This document shows, piece by piece, positions 46,383 to 55,702 of a stretch of DNA of 55,702 bases. The position numbers and the translations under genes were made by a program. Below the pieces are notes generated by a model that was not told the DNA's origin, did no database searches, and saw nothing but the letters and a program-made list of their open reading frames with translations. Positions within the stretch are counted from its first letter, which is position 1; every line of letters begins with the position of its first letter. The stretch is from Minisyncoccia bacterium. GTDB lineage: Bacteria; Patescibacteriota; Minisyncoccia; Phycocordibacterales; UBA9973. The stretch lies in NCBI GenBank assembly GCA_049317285.1, contig JBMOIO010000005.1, positions 1 to 55,702 on the forward strand, given 5' to 3'.

Positions 46383-47240
46383 ATGAAAAATCTTGAAAAG
46401 AAGATTAAAAAGTATGCATTTACAATTTTTGCAATCACTGAAGTATTATTACTGGGATGCGCGCTTTGGCTTGCAGGAACTCAAAAAATTTGGATTCCCC
46501 TTCTTGCCTTCTCAACACTACTTCTCTTTGCTACCCCTGTAGGGAAAAAATTGTTTTCTTCCTCTAATAACATAGCTGCGTTTAATGTCGCTATTACAGG
46601 TCCGGTATGTATTGGTTTGCTAAGTACTCTGTATCAGTTTTGGAGCACACCTGTCTTGCCCGGCGTAACACTTGGACCTTTCGTGGTATGGGCAATACTC
46701 TGTATCGCCTGCATCGTAGGGCTAGCATTCCTTGCTAGCAGAGCACTAAGCTATATAAGAACCTCCCGACTCAGAAAGAGAAACGAGCGAGAACTGGCAA
46801 AACAGCAGCGTGAAGCTGAAGAACGGGCATATGCCGAACGGATTAAAAGAGAAAATCTTATCTTTGCAATTAAAGAAAAAGGTGGCTCACCCTCATGGAA
46901 AGATGTTCTTTCTCTTATGTCCTGCATAGCGCACAAAAATGAAGACTGGAACTATGTTATTGAAGCAGCTCAATTCACTTCCCCTGAGCAATTGGTAACC
47001 ATATCGGTAATCAAAAAAACAATCACTTGGAATGGGTATGCTGAATTAATGCTGGAGTACATAGAAAGGGTATTTGTGCAGTCCTATGATGATACAGTAT
47101 TGGAAAAAATACGGACTCAGATGCAGTACTTTTTTGAAAAAATCGAACAATACGATTCATTCAAAGGTGCAGACAAATTACTAGAAGAAGTAAAAAGGCG
47201 TTGTCCAAAAGCATTCTCGACATTAGTTGAAAATGCGTAA
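46383..47240 (+). CDS. hypothetical membrane protein
   Basis: Four TMs plus coiled coil; TTGACA at 46246; hairpin at about 47248-47275. Confidence 0.7.
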   Translation: MKNLEKKIKKYAFTIFAITEVLLLGCALWLAGTQKIWIPLLAFSTLLLFATPVGKKLFSSSNNIAAFNVAITGPVCIGLLSTLYQFWSTPVLPGVTLGPFVVWAILCIACIVGLAFLASRALSYIRTSRLRKRNERELAKQQREAEERAYAERIKRENLIFAIKEKGGSPSWKDVLSLMSCIAHKNEDWNYVIEAAQFTSPEQLVTISVIKKTITWNGYAELMLEYIERVFVQSYDDTVLEKIRTQMQYFFEKIEQYDSFKGADKLLEEVKRRCPKAFSTLVENA

Positions 47241-47348
47241 TTTATTCAGACCTTGGGGTATACCCCAAGGTCTTTTTTGTTTTCGGTTTTTAGAGTAGGA
47301 TTTGCTTCTCCCTCGTTCCTCGGTCGAAGTGCGCTGTTTTTATACACC

Positions 47349-47537
47349 TGTGCGCCGAGCGATTTGGTCACGAGTTACTAAGTGTGCTCACCTATCGGTT
47401 CCGCGCACTAAGTACTCTCGACCCCGCCTCGCCTGCCTACGGCCAGGGCTGCGGCTTTCAAATCCTGACGCAAGCAAAGCAGTTTGCTTGCTCTCGGCGC
47501 ACAATAATAAAAACCCCATTTCTGGGATTTTTATTAT
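47349..47537. repeat. tRNA-Tyr 3'-end mirror structure
   Basis: Direct copy TGTGCGCCGAGC 47349-47360; inverted copy TTCAAATCCTG[25-nt insert]CTCGGCGCACA 47457-47503; hairpin running up to the tRNA. Confidence 0.8.
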
Positions 47538-47539
47538 TG

Positions 47540-47622
47540 TGCGCCGAGCAGGATTTGAACCTGCGTAGCCCGAAGGCGTCAGATTTACAGTCTGATGTAA
47601 TTGACCACTCTACCATCGACGC
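47540..47622 (-). tRNA. tRNA-Tyr(GTA)
   Basis: GCGTCGATGGTAGAGTGGTCAATTACA TCAGA-CTGTAAA-TCTGA ...GCAGGTTCAAATCCTGCTCGGCGCA. Confidence 0.95.
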
Positions 47623-47660
47623 GTATCGCCGGCTTAATAAATAATACCGGCAGAAGTCTC

Positions 47661-50375
47661 TTAGGAAACCGTGGTTTCTGTCTGAGTCTTGAAAGAACTA
47701 GTCCGTTTTTTCTTCTTGGCTTCAACAGTAACAAGAATGTTCTCTGCGTCTGCCATAGAAACGGATACCGTGTCACCCGAATCAATAGTTCGGTTAATGA
47801 TACGCTCAGCGATAGGGTTCAGAATTTTGGTCTGAATCAATCGGTTGAGGGGGCGAGCCCCGTAGTGAGGATTATACCCGACACGTGCCAAGTATGAAAG
47901 CGCTTCATCACTGACAGCGACCGTAATGCCTTTTTCGCTCAGGCGAGCAAGGACCACTTCGGTGCGCAAGGCAACAATTGATTTGATAGCCTCGGGACTG
48001 AGGATATCAAATACTACCGTTTCGTCAATACGATTGAGGAATTCAGGGCGGAAGTGGTCTTTCAACGCATCCTGCACCTTATCCTTCATGTGCGTGTATT
48101 CGCTCTCGGCAGTGTTGTTGTGAAAGCCGATTGACTCCATTTTTTGAATGTACTGGCTTCCGATGTTCGAGGTCATCACGATGATTGAGTTCTTGAAGTT
48201 TACGACACGACCCTTTGAGTCCGTGAGGCGTCCGTCGTCGAGCACCTGCAAGAGCACATTGAATACTTCTGGGTGCGCCTTTTCAATTTCGTCGAAAAGA
48301 ATCACAGAGTACGGTCGGTGGCGGACCGCTTCAGTGAGCTGCCCGCTCTCGTCATGCCCGATATAGCCCGGTGGTGAACCAATAAGCTTCGACACGCTGT
48401 GGCGCTCCATGTACTCACTCATGTCTACACGAATCAATGCTTTCTCATCGTTGAACATAAATGCGGCGAGCGCTTTGGTGAGCTCGGTCTTCCCTACCCC
48501 TGTTGGACCAAGGAAAAGGAATGAGCCAATCGGGCGGTTTGGGTCGCTGATGCCGGCACGGTTTCGGCGGACAACGTGCGCAATCTTGTCGATTGCTTCG
48601 TTTTGTCCGACAACACGCTTGTGCAGTTCAGCGCTCATGTTCACGAGTTTCTCGCGCTCTTCTTCAAGCATTTTTGTTAGCGGTACACCAGTCCATCGCG
48701 CTACTACTTCTGCAATATCTTCCTGTGTGATTTCTTCTTTGAGAACACGGCGCACTTTTTGCAGCTTTTTCAAGCGCAACATCTTTGCTTCGAAGTCTTT
48801 CTGGAGCATAGGGATATGCCCGTAGCGGATTTCAGCCGCACGACCGAGGTCGGCGCGCTGTTCGGCACCCTCAGCTTCGAGGCGAAGCGTCTCAAGGTCT
48901 TTCTTGATCTTGCCGATATCCTGCAATAACCCCTTTTCATTCTTCCATTTTGTTTCGAGCTCTTTTGTTTTTTCTTGCGAATCCGCAATTTCTGCATCAA
49001 TTGCCTTAATACGCGAGGTCGCGTTTTTTACATCAATATCTTTCTCTACATCTTTTTTCAATGCTTCTTTTTCTATTTCAAGACGCATGATTTTGCGGTG
49101 GGCTTCTTCAAGCACAGCCGGCTTGTTTTCAAGCGCCATGCGAAGTGCACTGCATGCTTCGTCAAGCAAGTCGATCGCCTTGTCCGGCAAAAAGCGGTTC
49201 GTAATATAGCGGGTTGAAAAGTTTACTGCCGCAACAATAGCATCGTCAGTAATGTGCACACCGTGATACAACTCGTACTTTTCTTTTAGTCCGCGAAGTA
49301 TTGCGATTGCATCCACTTGCGACGGCTCTTCGATATACACTGGTTGGAAACGACGCGCGAGTGCCGGGTCCTTTTCAATATGCTTTTGGTATTCCTTCAA
49401 AGTTGTCGCACCGATTGCGCGAAGCTCACCGCGCGCGAGTGCGGGCTTGAGCATATTGGACATGTCCATCGCCCCGTCGCCCCCTCCTCCAGCTCCCACC
49501 ATAGTGTGGATTTCATCGATAAACAAAATCACCTTGCCGTCGAGGCGCTCCACTTCTTTCAAAATATTTTTTACGCGCTCTTCAAATTCACCGCGGTATT
49601 TTGTCCCAGCGATTAAGAGCCCAATATCAAGAGAAACAATTTCCTTGTCCTTCAATGACTCCGACACGTCACCTTTAGCAATGCGGTTTGCAAGCCCTTC
49701 GACAACAGCGGTCTTCCCCGTTCCTGCTTCACCTAATAAAAGTGGGTTGTTTTTTGTACGGCGAGAAAGGATCTGCATGATACGCATGATCTCGGTGTCG
49801 CGCCCAATCACCGGGTCGAGCTTGTCTTCGCGAGCAAGCTTGGTGAGATTGCGCGTAAACTTGGTAAGCATGCGCATTTTCTTGTCCCCTCCTGTTACCT
49901 TTGTTTTATCGTTGCGAAATTCCATAATTGCCTCAACGAGAGCGGCTCGGTCAATGCGAAAACCAGCCAAAAGCTCAGTGGTTTGGTTTTTGATATCCAA
50001 AAGGGCGAGGAAGAGGTGCTCGGTTGAAACAAAAGTATCCTTCAAATCTGTCGCCGCTTTCAACGAGTGCTCGATTACTTGGGCCAAGTCGGCGGTAAGA
50101 AACATTTGGTACGATGGCGCGACTGTTGTAGACCCCTCGACGGTTTCGATGGTCTCTAGTACAGAGTCGGTCATGAGCATGGTGTCTACTTCGAGGCTAT
50201 CGAGAAGCGCGATGACATTTGATTCTTCCTGGACAAGCAATGACGCCAAAAGGTGCATCGTGCTGACATTGTTTTGCCCCCGCTCAATAGCGAGCTCATG
50301 CGCCCGCTTGATCGCCTCCTTTGCTTTCGTGGTGAATTGTTTTAGTGGTGGCATAGATGATTCAAAATTACTCAT
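47661..50375 (-). CDS. clpB: ClpB-type AAA+ chaperone
   Basis: DPVIGR, two Walker A motifs ([16 protein letters not shown]), long coiled-coil middle domain. Confidence 0.92.
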   Translation of the reverse strand: MSNFESSMPPLKQFTTKAKEAIKRAHELAIERGQNNVSTMHLLASLLVQEESNVIALLDSLEVDTMLMTDSVLETIETVEGSTTVAPSYQMFLTADLAQVIEHSLKAATDLKDTFVSTEHLFLALLDIKNQTTELLAGFRIDRAALVEAIMEFRNDKTKVTGGDKKMRMLTKFTRNLTKLAREDKLDPVIGRDTEIMRIMQILSRRTKNNPLLLGEAGTGKTAVVEGLANRIAKGDVSESLKDKEIVSLDIGLLIAGTKYRGEFEERVKNILKEVERLDGKVILFIDEIHTMVGAGGGGDGAMDMSNMLKPALARGELRAIGATTLKEYQKHIEKDPALARRFQPVYIEEPSQVDAIAILRGLKEKYELYHGVHITDDAIVAAVNFSTRYITNRFLPDKAIDLLDEACSALRMALENKPAVLEEAHRKIMRLEIEKEALKKDVEKDIDVKNATSRIKAIDAEIADSQEKTKELETKWKNEKGLLQDIGKIKKDLETLRLEAEGAEQRADLGRAAEIRYGHIPMLQKDFEAKMLRLKKLQKVRRVLKEEITQEDIAEVVARWTGVPLTKMLEEEREKLVNMSAELHKRVVGQNEAIDKIAHVVRRNRAGISDPNRPIGSFLFLGPTGVGKTELTKALAAFMFNDEKALIRVDMSEYMERHSVSKLIGSPPGYIGHDESGQLTEAVRHRPYSVILFDEIEKAHPEVFNVLLQVLDDGRLTDSKGRVVNFKNSIIVMTSNIGSQYIQKMESIGFHNNTAESEYTHMKDKVQDALKDHFRPEFLNRIDETVVFDILSPEAIKSIVALRTEVVLARLSEKGITVAVSDEALSYLARVGYNPHYGARPLNRLIQTKILNPIAERIINRTIDSGDTVSVSMADAENILVTVEAKKKKRTSSFKTQTETTVS

Positions 50376-50474
50376 AAGGCAGTGGTCGGCGTGTCAGACA
50401 AATAACGGAAAGACAGTAGTCGGTATAAGGCTACTTTAGCATAAATGGCTTCTTTTTTCCATAGCAAGTAAAAA

Positions 50475-51674
50475 CTATTTTTTATACTTTTCTAGCACTT
50501 CCTTGAGCGCCTGTATTGCCCGGTCAAGGTCTTTTTGTATAGTGGTGCGTCCAAACGAGAAGCGGATTGCGCCGACATTTGAGCCATAGAGTGCAGTCAC
50601 CATTTCACTCTCATTGTCCGAGTCATTCTTGCACGCGCTTTTTGCACTGACTGCAATACCACGAGCATCGAGCTCCAGTACGAGAAGTTCACTATCAAAA
50701 CTTTTGATGGCGACATGAGTGATATGCGGTGTTCGATCTGCATCTTTCAGCGTAATTATTGCTTCGGGGATTTCCTCTGCAAGGGTGTTTTCAAAATATG
50801 CCTGCAGAAGTGTAATACGGTCCGTATACTCTTCGCGGTGTTCTTGCGCAAAAGAAAGTGCATGCGCGAATGTATGAATAAGCTCTACTGGCTGAGTTCC
50901 AGAGCGAAGTCCGCGCTCTTGCCCCCCACCATACATGATCGGGGCAATAGAAACACCACGGCGTACATACAACACCCCTACCCCCTTCGGGCAGTAGAGC
51001 TTTGTCGCGCCAAGGGTCATTATATCAACACCAAGCTGTGGCACAGTAAGTGCATAGTGAAGCGGTGCCTGGGTCGCATCAACATGAAAAAGGATTTCAA
51101 GCCCTGGATTATTTTTTCGCAAAAAACGCAGGCGCTTTGCGATTTCTTTGATTGGCTGCACTGTACCAATTTCGTTGTTTACATACATGACTGAAACAAT
51201 AATTGCTTTTGCACCCTCGGGTACTACAATATCTTTCGGATCCACAACCCCTTCTATAGTTTCAAGTGTAAGAACAGTCACTCCTTTTTTTGAAAGCATC
51301 TCTGCGCTTTCACTCACTGCGGCGTGTTCAATCGCGCTTTTGTATACCACTATGTCGCCTGGTGCAATTCCTTTTTCACTCCATGCATTCACAACACCCA
51401 TCAGCGCAAGGTTATCGCTCTCAGTCGCATTGCTGGTAAAAATAATCTCGTCAGTGTGTGCAAGGAGTGTTTTTGCAACAAGTGCTCGAGCATCAGAAAG
51501 GGCTGTTTTTGCCATGACCCCTTCTTTGTGGAGCGCGCTTGGATTTGCCCCGAGTGCTTCGCTTGAAAGTACTGGAAAAGTCTTCATCATACCTTCGTCT
51601 ACTGGTGTACTCGATGCAACATCGAGATATATTCGTGCAGGGTTTTGCTTCTGGAAATACTTGAAAAATGCCAT
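50475..51674 (-). CDS. cysteine desulfurase-like class V aminotransferase
   Basis: IYLD, NPS, ATESDN, EH, NNEIG, HVDATQ, KLYCPKG, RSGT, SAC. Confidence 0.87.
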   Translation of the reverse strand: MAFFKYFQKQNPARIYLDVASSTPVDEGMMKTFPVLSSEALGANPSALHKEGVMAKTALSDARALVAKTLLAHTDEIIFTSNATESDNLALMGVVNAWSEKGIAPGDIVVYKSAIEHAAVSESAEMLSKKGVTVLTLETIEGVVDPKDIVVPEGAKAIIVSVMYVNNEIGTVQPIKEIAKRLRFLRKNNPGLEILFHVDATQAPLHYALTVPQLGVDIMTLGATKLYCPKGVGVLYVRRGVSIAPIMYGGGQERGLRSGTQPVELIHTFAHALSFAQEHREEYTDRITLLQAYFENTLAEEIPEAIITLKDADRTPHITHVAIKSFDSELLVLELDARGIAVSAKSACKNDSDNESEMVTALYGSNVGAIRFSFGRTTIQKDLDRAIQALKEVLEKYKK

Positions 51675-51696
51675 AAAATAAGTATAATACGCATCT

Positions 51697-52173
51697 ATGG
51701 GAGAAAGTACAGGGCTTATCATTGTAATCGTCTGCAGTACACTTGCCATTGTTACGGCAGTTGTTCTCGTACTCCTATACCGACTCAACAAAAAACTAAC
51801 AATCTTCATGTCCGGGAAGAATGGTGCTGACCTCGAAGAAACCCTCACTCTTCTGACCGAGCGCACTATCGCAAACGAGCGAACGCTCAGTGCACACAAA
51901 GAAGGGCTTGAATTCATCGATGCACGCGTCAAAAAAAGCCTCCGTGGCTACTCGCTTGTCCGCTACAATGCATACACTGACGGTGGTGGTGAACAGAGCT
52001 TTGCGTCAGGCCTCCTCGACGAACGCGGAGACGGGTACATCCTCTCGGTCATCACCAACCGCAACCATGTTGGACTCTATGCAAAAAAAGTTATTGGCGG
52101 AACTGCACAGCAGTCTCTCACTCGCGAAGAAACAGAAGCACTCGCAAGCGCTATTGCCCAAACTAAATCTTAA
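51697..52173 (+). CDS. DUF4446-like membrane-anchored protein
   Basis: N-terminal TM, VRYNAY..GGEQSF, YAK. Confidence 0.78.
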   Translation: MGESTGLIIVIVCSTLAIVTAVVLVLLYRLNKKLTIFMSGKNGADLEETLTLLTERTIANERTLSAHKEGLEFIDARVKKSLRGYSLVRYNAYTDGGGEQSFASGLLDERGDGYILSVITNRNHVGLYAKKVIGGTAQQSLTREETEALASAIAQTKS

Positions 52174-52187
52174 TTTATACAAAACTC

Positions 52188-53675
52188 ATGAGTACACCAA
52201 CCACCACAATTCGTCCGCCCGTCGTCGCAGTCATGGGTCATATTGACCACGGCAAGAGCACGCTCCTCGACTACATCCGAAAAACCAATGTTACCGCAAC
52301 TGAAGCCGGTGGTATTACACAGCACTTAAGCGCATATGAAATCAGCGTCCCTCATCAAGGGTCTTCTCGTCGCATCACGTTTTTGGATACTCCAGGACAC
52401 GCGGCATTCACCGGCATGCGCGAGCGCGGTGCAAGTGCAGCAGACATCGCCATTTTGGTAGTATCAGCCGAAGATGGTGTAAAGGCGCAGACAATTGAAG
52501 CGTTGAATACTATTCGCGCGGCAAAAATCCCGTTTATCGTTGCTATCAACAAAATCGACCGTCCTGGCGCAAACATCGAACGCGCAAAGCAGATGCTCGC
52601 AGAAAACGAAGTATTGGTTGAGGGATACGGCGGTACTATTTCATGGGTGGGGATCTCAGCGCTTGAGGGCACTGGTATCGACGAACTCTTAGAGAACATC
52701 CTCCTTGTTGCCGACATGGAAGAGTTCACCAGCGACCCAAGCGCTCTTGCCGAAGGACTCGTCATCGAAAGCCGACTTGATGCAAAGCGCGGTATCACCG
52801 CAACACTTATCATCAAAAACGGAACGCTGAAGAAAGGGCAGTTTGTTGTAGCAGGCAAAGCTATCACCACTACTCGCATGATGGAGAACTTCCTTGGAAA
52901 AGCTATCGATGCAGCAGACCCGGGGTCTCCAGTACAGCTCACCGGATTCGATGTGCTTCCTGAGGTGGGTGTGCCAGTGAAAGTCTTTGACAAAAAGCGC
53001 GACGCTGAAGACTATATTGAAGACGAATCAACCGGGAACGACTACTCTGTTGCTGTTGGTGGTGCAGCGGGCGACAAGGTAACCCCTATCATCATCAAGA
53101 CCGATGTATTCGGTACAGCCGAAGCGGTGGAGCGCGAGATTAATAATATGAATGTGGAGGGTCTCCATGTGAAAATCATCGGGCGCGGCATTGGCGCGAT
53201 TTCTGAAAACGATATCCGCCTTGCACAGTCTGATAAAGAAACAATCATTCTTGGCTTCAATGTCGGCATGGACGCTCGTGCGCGCATTGCAAACGAAACG
53301 GTGGGTGCAACAGTAGAAACCTTCACTATCATCTACAAACTCACCGAATGGCTCGAAATCGAGCTTGAGAAGCGCCGCCCTCGCGTGGAAACCCGTGAAG
53401 TGATCGGCACTGCAAAAGTATTAAAAACATTCTCTCAGACAAAAGACCGTCAGGTATTGGGATGCCGTATTGAGTCCGGGTCGCTCTCTGACGGTGCACA
53501 GGTCACCATCATGCGCCGTGACTTCCCTATCACGACCGGCAAGATTGTAGAGCTCCAACAGGCAAAGCAAAAAGTGAAAGAAGTGCACGAAGGAGAATAT
53601 GGCATGATGGTGGAATGCAAAAACGACATCGCGCCAGGAGATATTCTTGAAGCATTTGTATTTGTCACTAAATAA
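52188..53675 (+). CDS. infB: translation initiation factor IF-2 (short form lacking the N-terminal domain)
   Basis: RPPVVAVMGHIDHGKS, GGITQH, DTPGH, NKID. Confidence 0.96.
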   Translation: MSTPTTTIRPPVVAVMGHIDHGKSTLLDYIRKTNVTATEAGGITQHLSAYEISVPHQGSSRRITFLDTPGHAAFTGMRERGASAADIAILVVSAEDGVKAQTIEALNTIRAAKIPFIVAINKIDRPGANIERAKQMLAENEVLVEGYGGTISWVGISALEGTGIDELLENILLVADMEEFTSDPSALAEGLVIESRLDAKRGITATLIIKNGTLKKGQFVVAGKAITTTRMMENFLGKAIDAADPGSPVQLTGFDVLPEVGVPVKVFDKKRDAEDYIEDESTGNDYSVAVGGAAGDKVTPIIIKTDVFGTAEAVEREINNMNVEGLHVKIIGRGIGAISENDIRLAQSDKETIILGFNVGMDARARIANETVGATVETFTIIYKLTEWLEIELEKRRPRVETREVIGTAKVLKTFSQTKDRQVLGCRIESGSLSDGAQVTIMRRDFPITTGKIVELQQAKQKVKEVHEGEYGMMVECKNDIAPGDILEAFVFVTK

Positions 53676-53677
53676 CT

Positions 53678-54025
53678 ATGGAACACGACGGCCGAAAACT
53701 AAAGATTGAAGAACAGCTCCGCGAAATCGCAGCACGCCTCATTGAACGCGAAAGCAATAAGACTGCTCTAATTACAGTGACCCGTGCCGAAGTATTTGAA
53801 CGCGGACGAAAAGCAACAATCTACATTACCGTGATGCCGACCAGTGGCGAAGAGAGTGCGCTGAATTTCATCAAGCGAAAGCGTCCTGAGATCAAAGATG
53901 CTATCAAGCGCGGTATGCGCATCAGCACTATCCCCTTCATCGATGTCGCGATTGACACAGGCGAGAAGGCGCGCCAGAATATAGACAAAATTCTATACGA
54001 CGACGAGCAAGCTTTTGGTAACTAA
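53678..54025 (+). CDS. rbfA: ribosome-binding factor A
   Basis: Follows infB; ITVTRAE, IP..D pattern. Confidence 0.82.
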   Translation: MEHDGRKLKIEEQLREIAARLIERESNKTALITVTRAEVFERGRKATIYITVMPTSGEESALNFIKRKRPEIKDAIKRGMRISTIPFIDVAIDTGEKARQNIDKILYDDEQAFGN

Positions 54026-54075
54026 CTATAGTAAACTACTTTCGACCTTCAGCTTTCTACTTTCAACTTAATATT

Positions 54076-54147
54076 GACCCGATGGCCAAGTGGTAAGGCG
54101 GTTCTCTGCAAAAGAACTATTCGCGAGTTCGATTCTCGCTCGGGTCT
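54076..54147 (+). tRNA. tRNA-Cys(GCA)
   Basis: GACCCGATGGCCAAGTGGTAAGGC GTTCT-CTGCAAA-AGAAC ...GTTCGATTC...TCGGGTCT. Confidence 0.95.
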
Positions 54148-54208
54148 CCGGCAAATGGTAGAGATACCGACACTTGCACTAAGACCTGTTCCTTTATAAA
54201 ATTACTAT

Positions 54209-54685
54209 ATGACCCGTCAAAAGAAATGGGGTGATGAAAATCTTATTGCTGCGGTAAAAGATTCGTTAAGTGTTCGTCAAGTTATCAAGAAATTGGGACT
54301 AATTGAAGCAGGCGGTAATTATGTACAAATACAACAACGAATCAAAGCTTTAAATATTGATATTTCTCATTTCACCGGGAAGGGTTGGAATAAGGGCGGG
54401 GTATTTAGACCTATTCCTCTTCAAGAACTATCTTCCCTCTTAATAAATGGATCATTAGTTCAAAGTCATAAACTAAAAAAGAGGTTATTTAGAGAGGGTT
54501 TGAAAAAACCTCAATGTGAACTATGTAATTGGTCAAAAGAGTCATTAGACGGTAGAATTCCTGTTGAACTGGATCATATCAATGGAAACAGGTTTGATAA
54601 CAGAATAGAAAACTTGCGAATCCTTTGTCCTAACTGCCACAGCTTACAGCCAACGCATCGCGGAAAGAATAAGAAAAAAGTTTAA
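54209..54685 (+). CDS. HNH endonuclease (free-standing, between two tRNAs)
   Basis: CELC...LDHINGNRFDNRIENLRILCPNCH. Confidence 0.92.
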   Translation: MTRQKKWGDENLIAAVKDSLSVRQVIKKLGLIEAGGNYVQIQQRIKALNIDISHFTGKGWNKGGVFRPIPLQELSSLLINGSLVQSHKLKKRLFREGLKKPQCELCNWSKESLDGRIPVELDHINGNRFDNRIENLRILCPNCHSLQPTHRGKNKKKV

Positions 54686-55702
54686 ACACATTGCCTGAGT
54701 GGTGGAATGGTAGACACGCGACACTTAAAATGTTGTCCGCGAAATCGGGTGTGGGTTCGAGTCCCACCTCAGGCACCATTAGGGAACTCATCGGTTTTTT
54801 GGAAGCCAAAATGCGGGACGCGCGAAGCGCGTCCCAAGGATTCCCGCCGAATTCCCCAAACGAATTCAGAATTTTTGGCGCGCTGGCGCGCACTAATTTT
54901 TCGCCAAGGAGCAGGTTCGAGCCAAAGATTTCTTTGGCTTTGACCTTTTTCGCAAAAAGGTCATCATCAGAAGCAATTTTGTCCAATGATTGTGCGTCTT
55001 TTATCCATTCTTTCATCGGTTCGAGCCAATCATTCTGCTTGTGTGAAAGATTAGTGATTTCTTCTTCGAGCGACTTCTTTTCTGATAATAACTTTGCTTT
55101 CCGATTTCGATAATCTTGTTCGTCAATTACTTGGTCTAAATATCCTGTAAGAAGTCGCTCTAACTTTTGCGAAATGACCGATAGTTTTGTTTCGTTCTCT
55201 TTCACACAAGCAATCAAAGACGGGGCGGAATTGTTAAAATCTTTTTCTGCCATTTTTAACAATTCTTCCGCCCAGTCTTTGGGCAAAGAAACTTTTTGTA
55301 TTAGAGATGATAACTGGCGATCCAATTCTTCCTGTCTGATACAAGGTTCGGGACATTTCATATCTTTACGCTTTTTGGTGCAGTGATAATAAGTATAGTT
55401 ATGCACATTTCCGTTTTTCTGTTTCTTAACCTTGTGTTCGCCAGTTATCATCATCTTGCATGAAGCACAGGAAATGAGACCACAGAAAGGTTGAGGTTCA
55501 TTTTTCAATTTACGCTCGGGTTGTCCACGTTTCCGTAACATTTCCTGTGCTTCATCAAAAAGTTTCTTTGAAATGATTGGCTCGTGTTTACCTTCGTGGA
55601 TTTCACCACCGTATTTGAATAGTCCGATGTAGAATGGATTTGAAAGAATAAAAGACGCTTTGGTTTTGGAGATTCTCTTTCCGGTTCTAGTAGTAACGCC
55701 GG
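54630..55702 (-). CDS. large serine recombinase, 5' part outside the window; the ORF reads antisense through tRNA-Leu
   Basis: Frame open to the window edge: ILSNPFYIG..GKHEPIIS..F, CASC..YYHC..C, coiled coil; the tail VPEVGLEPT is antisense tRNA. Confidence 0.9.
   Translation of the reverse strand, partial: GVTTRTGKRISKTKASFILSNPFYIGLFKYGGEIHEGKHEPIISKKLFDEAQEMLRKRGQPERKLKNEPQPFCGLISCASCKMMITGEHKVKKQKNGNVHNYTYYHCTKKRKDMKCPEPCIRQEELDRQLSSLIQKVSLPKDWAEELLKMAEKDFNNSAPSLIACVKENETKLSVISQKLERLLTGYLDQVIDEQDYRNRKAKLLSEKKSLEEEITNLSHKQNDWLEPMKEWIKDAQSLDKIASDDDLFAKKVKAKEIFGSNLLLGEKLVRASAPKILNSFGEFGGNPWDALRASRILASKKPMSSLMVPEVGLEPTPDFADNILSVACLPFHHSGNVFKLFSYSFRDALAVSCGS
54693..54778 (+). tRNA. tRNA-Leu(TAA)
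   Basis: GCCTGAGTGGTGGAATGGTAGACACG CGACA-CTTAAAA-TGTTG ...GGTTCGAGTCCCACCTCAGGCACCA. Confidence 0.95.

Noticed and set aside
49447-50439. Long antisense ORFs (330 aa here; also 16365-17084, 23999-24610, 52355-52993 and others)
   Set aside because: They are shadows of well-supported genes on the opposite strand and carry no motifs.
54150-54692. Group I intron in tRNA-Leu(TAA)
   Set aside because: The downstream tRNA is complete and the HNH ORF fills almost the whole gap, leaving no room for a ribozyme core.
1-55702. Alternative genetic code (TGA=Gly)
   Set aside because: Conserved genes are full-length under code 11, and miaA ends in TGA at its expected C-terminus.

Overview
Chromosomal segment of a small-genome bacterium. 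The gene set (short IF2, stand-alone SWIB, DUF5667 anti-sigma, TraD-like ATPase, CxxC-x17-CxxC, GerMN; TGA used as stop) fits Patescibacteria/CPR, probably Parcubacteria; that placement is an inference. Most of the window is housekeeping (dnaX, dus, serS, dprA, topA, rel, parB, miaA, rpmG, tsaC, ychF, engB, gltX, clpB, infB, rbfA) with seven tRNAs. Three tRNAs (Ala, Gln, Leu-TAA) are overlapped antisense by the 3' end of a large serine recombinase (LSR) gene. The best candidate new system is a complete 5.3-kb element in tRNA-Gln (3528-8849). It joins a circovirus/CRESS-type HUH+SF3 Rep and a canonical TAGTATTAC stem-loop origin to an LSR, has no recognisable capsid, and has its att core inside the LSR reading frame, so excision would swap the recombinase C-terminus. 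A 401-bp cassette with a homologous att/tail lies in tandem. Other signals: recurring mirror structures behind tRNA and ychF 3' ends (two share a covarying 25-nt hairpin inserted at the same tRNA position), an HNH gene behind a split tRNA-Leu remnant, and pervasive leaderless-type promoters.
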